Assembly: GCA_964612925.1 (NCBI GenBank)
Contig: CAZTFU010000001.1
Coordinates: 14,384-78,383, forward strand
Length of the DNA: 64,000 nt
Source of the DNA: an uncultured Clostridium sp.
GTDB taxonomy: Bacteria; Bacillota; Clostridia; Christensenellales; CAG-138
Direction of reading: 5' to 3'
The notes under the pieces are model-generated. The model was not told the origin of the DNA and ran no database searches. It saw nothing but the letters and a program-made list of their open reading frames with translations. The stretch's first letter is position 1; each line of letters begins with the position of its first letter. The translations under genes and the position numbers were made by a program. Positions 55,141-64,000 of the stretch are shown one piece after another.

Positions 55141-56052
55141 CTAATGCTTCGCGTCAAACAGGCTTGCAAGCACTATGCTTGCCGTTATAAGCACGGCACC
55201 GAGAGCCGTTACGGCCGTCATCCTTTCACCGAGTATAAAATAGGCGGATATTGATGTGAATATCGGTTCCGTGCAGTACACCAATGCTCCGAATGTGGGA
55301 GAAACGCGGCTGAAACCTATATTTTGCAGTGTATATGCTATGAACGTGCCGCCAACGGATAAAAGCGCAAGCGCATAATAGCCTATTTTGGGCAGATGAA
55401 GAAAATCGGGCATCGGTTCGAATATAAGGGCAATCGGTAAGCAGACGATAAAGCAAACGGCACACTGTATAATGCACAGAACCATTGGGTCTATGCCCGA
55501 ATCACCGAGATATTTTACGCTGAAAATTACCATCAATGCAGATGCACAGGAGCAAAGAATAGCAATTATGTCTCCGGAACACAGCGCATCAAGCTTTCCG
55601 CCGCATATGAAGAAAAGTCCCAATGCCGCAATGGCTACGGGAATAAGGTGCTTTGCTTCAAATTTTGCTTTCACCAAAAACAAACTGAGTATTGGCACGA
55701 ATACTACGGCCAGCGACATAAGAAAGCCGCAGTTTGTGGCCGACGTGTTGTCAAGCGCGACAAAGCCGAGTATGAACGTTATGGCTGTAAGCATACTGAT
55801 TATAACGCCGGGACGGATATCGCTTCTTTTTATATTGGAACGGATATGCTTGCCGAAGAATATAAGAAAAAGCCAAAACGATACAAAATAACGCACCACC
55901 AGTGCCCACAACGGGGGCACAGCATCAAATCCAAGTTTGGATACCGAATTTGAAAGACCCCATATTGCGCATTCAAGCATGAGCATAAGGCCGTAGAAAA
56001 AGGACGGAAGCTCACGCTTCCCGTTCGTTTGTGTTGTAATTTCATGTTCCAT
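55141..56052 (-). CDS. DMT-superfamily (EamA-type) transporter
   Basis: 303 aa with about 10 TM segments and a two-repeat EamA-like layout. No clear RBS. Confidence 0.75.
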   Translation of the reverse strand: MEHEITTQTNGKRELPSFFYGLMLMLECAIWGLSNSVSKLGFDAVPPLWALVVRYFVSFWLFLIFFGKHIRSNIKRSDIRPGVIISMLTAITFILGFVALDNTSATNCGFLMSLAVVFVPILSLFLVKAKFEAKHLIPVAIAALGLFFICGGKLDALCSGDIIAILCSCASALMVIFSVKYLGDSGIDPMVLCIIQCAVCFIVCLPIALIFEPMPDFLHLPKIGYYALALLSVGGTFIAYTLQNIGFSRVSPTFGALVYCTEPIFTSISAYFILGERMTAVTALGAVLITASIVLASLFDAKH

Positions 56053-56102
56053 ACGGATATAATAACATTATTCCGATAAATTGCAATAAGGGGGACAGAA
56101 TA

Positions 56103-56555
56103 ATGAGCGCGGAAAGGGATAAACGGTTTATGCACCTTGCTCTTGAACAGGCCGAACTTGCCAAAAACATGGGGGAGGTGCCGATAGGCGCCGTGCTTGT
56201 GCGCGGCGAAGAGGTGATAGCATCCGCACATAATCTGTGTGAAACGCTAAATGACCCTACAGCCCACGCGGAGCTTTTGGCAATAAGGGAAGCGACGAAG
56301 AAAATCGGCAAACGCGCACTTGCGGATTGCGAGCTTTATGTTACCGTGGAACCATGTGCCATGTGCGCGGGCGCGATAATAAACGCTCGGCTCAAGAAGG
56401 CGGTATTCGGCGCGCATGAGGAACGTACAGGCTGCATGGGCAGTGTGCTTGATATAAGTGACGGGTATTTTATAAATTCCGTGCGTGCATACGGCGGAAT
56501 ACTTGAGACGGAATGCGCCGCACTTATGAGTGATTTCTTCGAAAATAAAAGATAA
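56103..56555 (+). CDS. tadA: tRNA adenosine(34) deaminase
   Basis: FMHLALEQAELA...EVPIGAVLV...PTAHAELLAIREA...TVEPCAMCAGA (HAE / PCxxC motifs). Confidence 0.93.
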   Translation: MSAERDKRFMHLALEQAELAKNMGEVPIGAVLVRGEEVIASAHNLCETLNDPTAHAELLAIREATKKIGKRALADCELYVTVEPCAMCAGAIINARLKKAVFGAHEERTGCMGSVLDISDGYFINSVRAYGGILETECAALMSDFFENKR

Positions 56556-56708
56556 TATCGCCTAAAGAAGAATAATACATACTTTATTCACATTGAGGAT
56601 ACCGAAGGTTCATTTCTTATTCTTACCCATGACACATTTTCGGATTATCATATTACCATCGGAAGCAAGCAAGACTTTTTCTTCCGTATGTGATACCTTC
56701 CTGCGATA

Positions 56709-56741
56709 GATACCGACTCGAAACTTCTTCGGGTCGGTATC
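56709..56741 (+). terminator. strong hairpin ~150 nt downstream of tadA (putative terminator with a weak U-tract)
   Basis: GATACCGACTCGAA-ACTTC-TTCGGGTCGGTATC (14 bp, one G.U pair) followed by GACTATTTATG. Confidence 0.4.
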
Positions 56742-56771
56742 GACTATTTATGAGGAAATGTATTATCCTAT

Positions 56772-56811
56772 AAATCAAAAATGCGTCCGAGTGAGTTATT
56801 CATTCGGACGC
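56772..56811 (-). terminator. intrinsic terminator after tkt
   Basis: Minus-strand RNA forms GCGUCCGA-13 nt-UCGGACGC followed by AUUUUUGAUUU. Confidence 0.7.
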
Positions 56812-56827
56812 AATGCTTTATATGATC

Positions 56828-58807
56828 TTATTTTGTGCGCTTTATAACCTGCAACGCGGCAGAAGCAACGTTTTCGGCCGTAAAGCCGAATTCTTTGAAC
56901 AACACATTGCCCTTTGCACTTGCACCGAACCTGTCAAGGCCGATGCTTGCGCCGTCAAGCCCGACATATGCGCCCCATGGCTGAGTCGCGGCTGCCTCTA
57001 CGCTTACGCGGGCACGAATGCTACTGCTGAGTACGCTTTCGCGGTATTCTTCGCTTTGCTGTTCAAACAGTTCCATACACGGCATTGAAACAAGTCGCGC
57101 CGTGTACCCCTGAACGGAAAGGATGTCCGCCGCCTTGTAAATAAGCTCCACCTCGGATCCCGAGGCAATAAGTATAACATCGGGAGTTCCCTTGGGTTCA
57201 CGCAGTATATAACCGCCGAGCATGGCTTTTTCGCATGTATCCTCAAGCTGAGGCAGATTCTGGCGGGAAAGTGCCATAACGCTTGGCGCATTCAGCTTCA
57301 TTGATGCACGATAAGCGTAAGCCGTTTCCTTTTGATCAGCGGGGCGGAAAACGTATGTGTTGGGCGTTGCTCTAAGCGAAGCAAGCTGTTCTATGGGCTG
57401 ATGCGTGGGACCGTCCTCACCGACGCCGATGCTGTCATGCGTAAGTACATATGTTACGGGCAGCTTCATCAGCGCACTGAGTCTGAGTGCGGGCTTTACA
57501 TAATCACCAAACACAAAGAATGTGGCACAGAAGGCGTGTAGTCCGCCGTAGAGCGCAATGCCGTTTGCTATGCATGCCATGGCAAGCTCACGCACGCCGA
57601 AATGTATGTTGCAGCCAGAGCGATCATCGGGGGAGAAGTATGTGCTTGCCTTAAGTTCCGTATTGTTTGACGGTGCAAGGTCGGCACTGCCGCCGAAAAG
57701 GTTTGGCATGTGGGCAAAAATTCGGTTTAAGACCGCACCGCCCGAAGAACGGGTAGCCTTGGGAGCATCACATTTAAGCATTTCATCATCCGTAAATACG
57801 GCTTCGTTTATTTCACCGTTGCGCCATGCATTAAGCTTGGCGGCAAGCTCGGGGTACGCCTGTGCATATGCGGCATACATTTCGTCATACTCCTTGTGTA
57901 TACGCGCGCCCCGCAGTGAAAGTGCCTCGAAATGGGCATAAACATCCTCGGGAATATCAAACGGAGCATTGTTCCAGCCAAGCCGCTTGCGCATGTCGGC
58001 TATAACTTCATCACCGAGCGGAGAACCGTGTGCGGAAGCGGAACCTTCCTTCATGGTACCGTGGGCAATGTCCGTATGCACAATTATAAGGGAGGGCTTT
58101 TCGCTTTCCAAACGAGCTTCCTCAAGCGCAAGCGAAATTGCAACGGTGTCCTCACCGTTTTCAACATTTATTACCTGCCAACCCATTGAGGAAAAACGGG
58201 CGGCAACATTTTCCGTAAACGCTATATCGGTCGAACCCTCTATTGTTATGCGGTTGCTGTCATAAACGGCGATAAGCTTGCCGAGCTTCTGTGTTCCCGC
58301 AAGGCTTGCCGCCTCATATGAAGCACCCTCCATCATGCAGCCGTCACCCATAAGAACATAGGTGTAATTATCAATAACGCGGAAATTGTCCCTGTTGAAA
58401 ATTGCCGCCATATGTTCCTGAGCCATTGCCATGCCAACGGCCATTGCAAAGCCCTGTCCAAGGGGACCCGTGGTAGCCTCGACACCGACCGTATGGCCGA
58501 ATTCGGGATGCCCGGGTGTAAGACTTCCGAATTGACGGAATTGCTTCATGTCGTCTATTGTGATGCCGTAACCGTAAAGGTGCAACAGAGAATAAAGCAG
58601 GCTTGAAGCATGTCCGGAAGAAAGCACGAATCTGTCCCTTCCCGGCCACGACGGGGCCTTTGGGTCGTGCCTCATGTCACTCCATATGGCATAAGCCGCC
58701 GGTGCCGCACCTATCGGCATGCCGGGATGGCCGCTGTTGGCCTTTTGAACAGTGTCTGCCGAAAGAATCCTTACTGCGCTTACGGCCTTGACTTCGATGG
58801 GTCGCAT
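56828..58807 (-). CDS. tkt: transketolase
   Basis: IRILSADTVQKANSGHPGMPIGAAPAAY...GHPE...GDGCMMEG. 659 aa, GGAGG RBS. Confidence 0.95.
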   Translation of the reverse strand: MRPIEVKAVSAVRILSADTVQKANSGHPGMPIGAAPAAYAIWSDMRHDPKAPSWPGRDRFVLSSGHASSLLYSLLHLYGYGITIDDMKQFRQFGSLTPGHPEFGHTVGVEATTGPLGQGFAMAVGMAMAQEHMAAIFNRDNFRVIDNYTYVLMGDGCMMEGASYEAASLAGTQKLGKLIAVYDSNRITIEGSTDIAFTENVAARFSSMGWQVINVENGEDTVAISLALEEARLESEKPSLIIVHTDIAHGTMKEGSASAHGSPLGDEVIADMRKRLGWNNAPFDIPEDVYAHFEALSLRGARIHKEYDEMYAAYAQAYPELAAKLNAWRNGEINEAVFTDDEMLKCDAPKATRSSGGAVLNRIFAHMPNLFGGSADLAPSNNTELKASTYFSPDDRSGCNIHFGVRELAMACIANGIALYGGLHAFCATFFVFGDYVKPALRLSALMKLPVTYVLTHDSIGVGEDGPTHQPIEQLASLRATPNTYVFRPADQKETAYAYRASMKLNAPSVMALSRQNLPQLEDTCEKAMLGGYILREPKGTPDVILIASGSEVELIYKAADILSVQGYTARLVSMPCMELFEQQSEEYRESVLSSSIRARVSVEAAATQPWGAYVGLDGASIGLDRFGASAKGNVLFKEFGFTAENVASAALQVIKRTK

Positions 58808-58870
58808 ATACCTACCTCCGAATTTGCATTTTTGATTTGCATCATGTATTATATCATATCATTGCCGCGG

Positions 58871-59347
58871 ATGGAACGAGATATGCAATACTATTATTCT
58901 ATACCTTCACCTATAGGCACGTTATATGCCCTTATACACGACGAAAGGATAGTGAATCTCGGCATACGCCGTCCAAATGACGATGTCAAGTACGAATGCA
59001 CCGCATTGGCGTGCATGCTTGAAACTCAACTTGCGGAGTATTTTCGCGGAGAGAGGCAACATATAGACATTGCATTTGAAGAAAGCGGGACAAACTGGCA
59101 GAAAAAATGTTACCGCGAAATAAGGAATATTCCTTACGGAGAGGTGCGTACATATAAGCAGATAGCGGCCGCCGCGGGCAATGAGCGAGCGTCAAGGGCA
59201 GTGGGCAGGGCGTGCAATGCGAATCCATTGCTTATAATCACACCGTGCCACAGGGTAGTTGGCGCATCGGGAGCGCTTACGGGCTTTGCGGCAGGGCTTG
59301 AAGCGAAAAGAATATTGAAGGATATTGAAAAAGGCGGTGCAATTTAA
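58871..59347 (+). CDS. ogt: methylated-DNA--protein-cysteine methyltransferase
   Basis: IPYGEVRTYKQIAAAAGNERASRAVGRACNANPLLIITPCHRVV (PCHR active site). The start is ATG 58871 or 58883. The upstream part of track ORF 58610.. overlaps tkt and is spurious. Confidence 0.88.
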   Translation: MERDMQYYYSIPSPIGTLYALIHDERIVNLGIRRPNDDVKYECTALACMLETQLAEYFRGERQHIDIAFEESGTNWQKKCYREIRNIPYGEVRTYKQIAAAAGNERASRAVGRACNANPLLIITPCHRVVGASGALTGFAAGLEAKRILKDIEKGGAI

Positions 59348-59436
59348 CATTTGTGTCACAGCAAGAGGTTAATGCACGCTTGATATAATGCTGAAAATGC
59401 GTTAAAATGAATAATAAAATTAAAGGAGGAGCAAAA

Positions 59437-59790
59437 ATGCCGGGGATCATAAATACTCAGCTTGGCACAATAGCCATATCGGAAGAAATCGTAGCGACCA
59501 TTGCAGGCTATGCCGCAAGCGAAAATTACGGGATTGTTGATATGCACGCAAAAACCACGGGTGATCAGCTTTGGAAACTTGTGGGCGGGGACAATCAACG
59601 CCGCGGAGTTAAGGTTACATGCGTGGAAGGCGATCAGATCGATATAGACCTGTTTGTGACAATAATATACGGCGCAAGCCTTACGGCGGTTGCCGAAAAC
59701 GCAATAGGCAATGTGCGCTATCGCGTTGAGGATATGACAGGGTTGAAGGTGCGCAACGTGAATATTCATGTTGAAGGTGTGCGCGCATAA
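59437..59790 (+). CDS. Asp23/Gls24-family (YloU-like) protein
   Basis: MPGIINTQLGTIAISEEIVATIAGYAASENYGIV. ATG 59437 is preceded by AAAGGAGGAG. Confidence 0.88.
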   Translation: MPGIINTQLGTIAISEEIVATIAGYAASENYGIVDMHAKTTGDQLWKLVGGDNQRRGVKVTCVEGDQIDIDLFVTIIYGASLTAVAENAIGNVRYRVEDMTGLKVRNVNIHVEGVRA

Positions 59791-59843
59791 GAATTAAATG
59801 CTTTTGGCGTGCGTTGAACGCAAAAAGCACGGAGGAAACTGAT

Positions 59844-61493
59844 TTGGAAAATATTACCGTTGGCGGTGCAATGCTTAGGGAAATGTTCCTTACGGGCGCG
59901 GCACTGCTGGAAAAAAACAGGGCGTATATAGACTCGCTGAATGTTTTTCCCGTACCGGACGGGGATACGGGCACCAATATGTCCATGACGATGCAAAGTG
60001 CCGTAAGGGAAATACAGAATTGCAAAGGCAGTGCCGTAAATGATATCGCATCCGCGGCATCGCTTGGCGCGCTTAAAGGTGCGCGCGGAAATTCGGGCGT
60101 TATCCTGTCCCAGATACTGAGGGGCTTTGCACGTGCATTGACTGGCAAGGAGGAAATGGCGGCGGAGGATTTTGCCTTGGCGCTTACTACCGGAACGGAG
60201 GCCGCATACAAGGCCGTTATGAAGCCAAAGGAAGGCACAATGCTTACCGTTGCCCGCATGATGGCGGAAGCCGTGTCGAATGCTGCAAGTGAAGGTGCAA
60301 ACCTATATAAGCTTATCGATATAATGATAGAAGAGGGCGAGCGCGCATTGCTTCTTACGCCGGAACTTTTGCCCGTGCTTAAAGAGGCGGGCGTTGTCGA
60401 TTCCGGCGGAAAGGGCCTTGTGACCATATTACGCGGCTTCAAAATGGTGATTGACGGCGAAGACGTTGACGAATACGTTCTTATGCCCACGCAGACAGAG
60501 CAGGCGGATACGAGCGCAATGAATGAGGAAGGTGCGGATCTTGAAGCGCTTGATGATATAGAGTTCGGCTATTGTACGGAATTTTTCATAATACATCTTG
60601 ATGAGTCGTTCTCTGAATCCGAGCTGGACAAGCTGCGCGAAAAGCTTATGAAGATAGGCGATTCGGTGGTGGTGGCATATGATTCGGACTTTATAAAGAT
60701 ACACGTTCATTCAAATTGCCCCGGCAAGATAATTCAGCTTGCGTTAAGGCTTGGCGAGGTTGACCGCATAAAAATTGAAAATATGCGCGAACAGAACCGC
60801 GAGCTTATTGCCAACATCAAAAAGAACGAAAAGGAAAACGCTGTTGTGGCCGTAAGCATAAGCGACGGTATAAGCGAAGTTTATAAGGCCATAGGCGTGA
60901 ATCAGCTTATACAGGGCGGACAGACGATGAACCCGAGCATAGAAAGCATAGCCAAGGCCATTCGCCGTGCAAATGCAAGGAATGTGTTCGTTCTTCCGAA
61001 TAATTCGAACATTATCATGGCCGCACAACAGGCAGCAACGCTCAGCGACAGGAATGTTATAGTCCTGCCCACAAAAACGATGATGCAGGGATTGAGTGCC
61101 GCACTTGCCTACAGCGATGACGTTGATGTTGAGACCAATACGGAGCGCATGACCGCCGCGATGAAGCAGGTGCTTTCGGGCTCGGTAACCTATGCCGTAC
61201 GAGATACACATTTTAACGGCGAGGAAATATCACAGGGTGATATAATCGGTCTGCTTGACAATACCATAACCCGAGTCGGTTCAAGCGTAGAAAACGTATC
61301 GGTGGAGCTTCTTTGCAGCATGATCGAGCAAAAAGGTGAAGATTCCATTGCAACGATATTCTATGGCGAAGGTGCCGATGAAGATAATGCACAGGCCGTT
61401 GCCGATGCGGTTAATGAAAAATACCCGGATGCGGAAATAACCGTGCAGTATGGCGGCCAACCGCTTTACTACTATTATTTCTCCGTAGAATAA
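59844..61493 (+). CDS. yloV: DAK2-domain protein YloV
   Basis: LNVFPVPDGDTGTNMSMTM...GARGNSGVILSQ. I prefer the TTG at 59844 after GGAGGAA; the track start is at 59814. It follows the Asp23 gene and precedes recG, as in Bacillus. Confidence 0.9.
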   Translation: MENITVGGAMLREMFLTGAALLEKNRAYIDSLNVFPVPDGDTGTNMSMTMQSAVREIQNCKGSAVNDIASAASLGALKGARGNSGVILSQILRGFARALTGKEEMAAEDFALALTTGTEAAYKAVMKPKEGTMLTVARMMAEAVSNAASEGANLYKLIDIMIEEGERALLLTPELLPVLKEAGVVDSGGKGLVTILRGFKMVIDGEDVDEYVLMPTQTEQADTSAMNEEGADLEALDDIEFGYCTEFFIIHLDESFSESELDKLREKLMKIGDSVVVAYDSDFIKIHVHSNCPGKIIQLALRLGEVDRIKIENMREQNRELIANIKKNEKENAVVAVSISDGISEVYKAIGVNQLIQGGQTMNPSIESIAKAIRRANARNVFVLPNNSNIIMAAQQAATLSDRNVIVLPTKTMMQGLSAALAYSDDVDVETNTERMTAAMKQVLSGSVTYAVRDTHFNGEEISQGDIIGLLDNTITRVGSSVENVSVELLCSMIEQKGEDSIATIFYGEGADEDNAQAVADAVNEKYPDAEITVQYGGQPLYYYYFSVE

Positions 61494-63496
61494 TGGCATC
61501 CGCTCCGATAACGGAAATAAAAGGAATAGGACCCCGCCGCGCCGAGGCTTTCGGCAGGTTGGGTCTTTTTTCGGTTGACGATTTGCTGCGCTTTGTGCCG
61601 AGAGGATATATTGATTATTCTGCCGCAACGCTTATTCAGCAAACGGAGCAGGGCAACTTTGCGGCCGTGGAAACAACAATTCTCGGTACGGCCAAAACGG
61701 CGCGAATACGCGGCGGGCTGACAATAACCTCTGTAGCCGCGACGGACGGTGTAAGCAAGTTTGGCTTATGTTGGTATAATCAGCCATATTCGGCCGCACG
61801 GCTGAGAGAAGGCGATACGTTTTATGCCTGTGGTCGCGTTGACAAACGGCGAGGCTGTAAGCTGGTAAACCCTTCATTATGCAAAGAACTGCCCGGAATC
61901 GTTCCGCAGTATTCGCTCTCAAACGGATTGACGCAGAAGGTTGTGCGTCAGGCCGTACAGGATGCGCTTGAAAAGCGCGGCTATATCGAAGAAACGCTGC
62001 CGCAAGATTTGATTGACGAGTTTTCGCTTATGCCGCTTGATACGGCATTAAGATCGATCCATATGCCCGATAGTTTCAAAACACTTGAAGCGGCAAAGGA
62101 AAGACTTGCATTTGAAGATATGCTGCTGTATGCTCTAATGCTTAAAATACTCAGGCATAGAAGGGAATCGGGTTGCGGGATAGCATTTAACACGAATGGC
62201 GTAACGGAAAGATTCCTGAAAAGAATACCGTTTGAACCGACAAATGCTCAAAAAGCGGCAATGGCGGATATTGCAAAGGATATGGCGCAGAATAGGCAGA
62301 TGAACAGACTGCTTCAGGGCGACGTTGGCAGCGGCAAAACGGCAGTTGCTCTTTTTGCCATGTTTGTCGCCATTGAAAATGGTTACAGCGCCGCGCTATT
62401 GGCCCCGACGGAAATATTGGCGGATCAGCATTACCGCACACTTAAATCAATATTCGGTGAAAAAGCCGTACTGATAAAGGGCGGCATGAAAAAAGCTGAG
62501 CGTGACCTGATAGAAGAACGCCTTAAAAGCGGTGAGCCGCTTGCCGTTATCGGAACCCATGCAATAATAAGCAACGGAGTCGAAATAGCGAATCTCGGCC
62601 TTGTCATCGCGGACGAACAGCACCGATTCGGCGTAAAACAGCGCGCCGCAATAAGCGCAAAGGGCACCACACCCGATACGCTTATAATGAGCGCAACACC
62701 CATACCGCGCACGCTTTCACTGTTGCTGTACGGCGATCTTGAACTGAGTGTGCTTAACGAATTGCCTCCCGGCAGGAAGCCGATAAAAACGATGCTTGTT
62801 CCACAGCACAAACGCGAGGATATGTATAAATTTATAGAAAAACAGCTTGCCTCGGGTGCGCAATGCTATGCGGTATGCCCGCTTGTTGAGGAAAGTGAGG
62901 CTTTGGTTGGCGTACTCAGCGCATCAATGCTGTATAAGGAACTTAGCCAAAAGCTTAATGTATCCGTTGAGCTTATGCACGGCCGCTTGAGCTCCGCTCA
63001 AAAGCAGGAAATTGCCGTACGTTTTGCCGCGGGCGAAATAAAGTTGCTTGTTTCGACTACCGTGGTTGAGGTTGGCATAGACGTACCGAATGCCGCAATA
63101 ATGGTAGTGGAAAATGCCAATAGATTCGGCCTTGCCCAATTGCATCAGCTTCGCGGCAGGGTAGGCAGGGGCAGCAGAGAATCATATTGCTTTTTGCTCA
63201 GCGGCTCCGATTCGGATACCGCAAAGGAAAGGCTTAAGGTTCTTTGCCAAACCGCAGACGGATTCAAAATTGCCGAAAAAGATCTTGAATTGCGCGGGCC
63301 GGGCGAACTGCTGGGATCGCGTCAACATGGTGAAGATCAACTCAGCGCGGCACTGCTTGCGGGAAACATGAAAACATTTGCAAAGGCGAAGGAAGCCGCG
63401 GACAGGCTTCTTGCCTCAAATGACCCCGATTGTACGCTTATAAACAAGGCCGCCGCAATTGCGGACGAAAAAACAAAAAATATCGCACAGAATTAG
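61493..63496 (+). CDS. recG: ATP-dependent DNA helicase RecG
   Basis: Helicase motifs GDVGSGKTAVALFAM, VIADEQHRFGV, SATPIPRTL and QLRGRVGRG. The TAATG start overlaps the yloV stop. Confidence 0.95.
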   Translation: MASAPITEIKGIGPRRAEAFGRLGLFSVDDLLRFVPRGYIDYSAATLIQQTEQGNFAAVETTILGTAKTARIRGGLTITSVAATDGVSKFGLCWYNQPYSAARLREGDTFYACGRVDKRRGCKLVNPSLCKELPGIVPQYSLSNGLTQKVVRQAVQDALEKRGYIEETLPQDLIDEFSLMPLDTALRSIHMPDSFKTLEAAKERLAFEDMLLYALMLKILRHRRESGCGIAFNTNGVTERFLKRIPFEPTNAQKAAMADIAKDMAQNRQMNRLLQGDVGSGKTAVALFAMFVAIENGYSAALLAPTEILADQHYRTLKSIFGEKAVLIKGGMKKAERDLIEERLKSGEPLAVIGTHAIISNGVEIANLGLVIADEQHRFGVKQRAAISAKGTTPDTLIMSATPIPRTLSLLLYGDLELSVLNELPPGRKPIKTMLVPQHKREDMYKFIEKQLASGAQCYAVCPLVEESEALVGVLSASMLYKELSQKLNVSVELMHGRLSSAQKQEIAVRFAAGEIKLLVSTTVVEVGIDVPNAAIMVVENANRFGLAQLHQLRGRVGRGSRESYCFLLSGSDSDTAKERLKVLCQTADGFKIAEKDLELRGPGELLGSRQHGEDQLSAALLAGNMKTFAKAKEAADRLLASNDPDCTLINKAAAIADEKTKNIAQN

Positions 63497-63593
63497 TAAT
63501 TGTAAATCTTTATCCGCTCTTCTGTTATTTACCACTCATATTAACTCCTTGTTGTGCCAATCATAAAGCCATAAAAGCAAGGAGGTGAAACAA

Positions 63594-63788
63594 ATGTCAC
63601 GAAACAGCGTTATGGTTCCCGAAGCGAAAAAGGCTATGGAATCTTTCAAGACGGAAGTAGCCAATTCTCTTAACGTGAATCTGAAGCAGGGCGACAACGG
63701 CGACCTTACGTCCCGCCAGGCAGGTTCTGTCGGCGGTGAAATGGTAAAGCGCATGATAGCTTATGCTTCAAAGAACATGAGCAAGTAA
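63594..63788 (+). CDS. alpha/beta-type small acid-soluble spore protein
   Basis: FKTEVANSLNVNLKQGDNGDLTSRQAGSVGGEMVKRMI. ATG 63594 is preceded by AGGAGGTG. Confidence 0.93.
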   Translation: MSRNSVMVPEAKKAMESFKTEVANSLNVNLKQGDNGDLTSRQAGSVGGEMVKRMIAYASKNMSK

Positions 63789-63866
63789 CATTATCAGGCA
63801 AAATAGGCCGAATGCGGCCTGAAAATATCCGGATACATAAAACAAGGAAGGAGGCACAGCAATAAA

Positions 63867-64000
63867 ATGGCAAGCAAGAACGAGAACAAAAAGAAGATGC
63901 AGAACTTTAAGACTGAAGTTGCAAATTCTCTCAACGTGAATCTGAAGCAGGACTACAACGGCGACCTTACATCCCGTCAGGCCGGTTCCATCGGCGGCGA
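63867..64000 (+). CDS. alpha/beta-type small acid-soluble spore protein, second copy (truncated by the window end)
   Basis: MASKNENKKKMQNFKTEVANSLNVNLKQDYNGDLTSRQAGSIGG...; GGAAGGAGG upstream. Confidence 0.9.
   Translation, partial: MASKNENKKKMQNFKTEVANSLNVNLKQDYNGDLTSRQAGSIGG

Noticed and set aside
56556-56827. I expected an SRP RNA (scr/ffs) downstream of tadA, by analogy with Bacillus.
   Set aside because: I could not find the conserved SRP domain IV sequences or the long Alu-type helix, and dnaX does not follow. The region is reported only as an unassigned structured region.
58610-58870. The upstream 87 codons of the ORF containing ogt.
   Set aside because: This part lies antisense within the tkt 5' end. 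MGMT homology and plausible starts begin at 58871/58883.
63497-63593. I attempted to assign a canonical sigma-G promoter to the first SASP gene.
   Set aside because: CATAAAG/CATAAAA -10-like elements are present, but I found no acceptable -35 element at 17-18 nt. The shared motif is reported only as an observation.
1-64000. A window-wide scan by eye for tRNA/rRNA genes, CRISPR repeats, transposase/integrase/recombinase or reverse-transcriptase ORFs, toxin-antitoxin pairs, and known defence genes.
   Set aside because: None was found. Every ORF longer than 200 aa that is not an antisense shadow has a housekeeping or transport-type assignment, so the window looks like core chromosome rather than an island. 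This is a by-eye judgement; tRNAscan, Infernal or defence-finder tools would be decisive.

Overview
Read by eye, this 64 kb window looks like core chromosome of an endospore-forming Firmicute (Clostridia; Oscillospiraceae/Ruminococcaceae-like is only a guess, GC moderate). Spore-former markers are tandem alpha/beta-type SASP genes, a SpoIID/LytB-domain protein and a YabM/SpoVB-like flippase with yabN. I support about 58 protein-coding genes. They include ppdK (partial), hup, pth-mfd, the Rrf2-nifS-nifU cluster, rplU-prp-rpmA, hflX, hpf, feoAB, a five-gene Opp/Dpp-type ABC operon, tyrS, tadA, tkt, ogt, asp23-yloV-recG and two SASP genes. I found no tRNA, rRNA, CRISPR array, transposase, integrase, reverse transcriptase or recognisable defence island. 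No clearly novel multi-gene system stands out. The items most worth a second look are unusual domain architectures and conserved-unknown gene pairs:
- HflX carries a ~180 aa N-terminal extension with an exact JAMM/MPN+ (RadC-like) metal-site motif, and sits directly after the L21-Prp-L27 operon.
- A translationally coupled DUF5685-like gene and J-domain/TPR gene, the latter ending in a 'cysteine string' (10 Cys in 28 aa).
- An HSL-type esterase fused to an HxxxD acyltransferase domain, in an operon with a zinc-ribbon polytopic membrane protein.
- An internally duplicated DUF1538-like membrane protein coupled to a tandem P-II-like protein.
- A FeoA-FeoB-Cys-rich-tail triple fusion.

Many long 'ORFs' in the track are codon-aligned antisense shadows of real genes and were rejected. 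All family names are from reading the translations and from memory; none was confirmed by a search.
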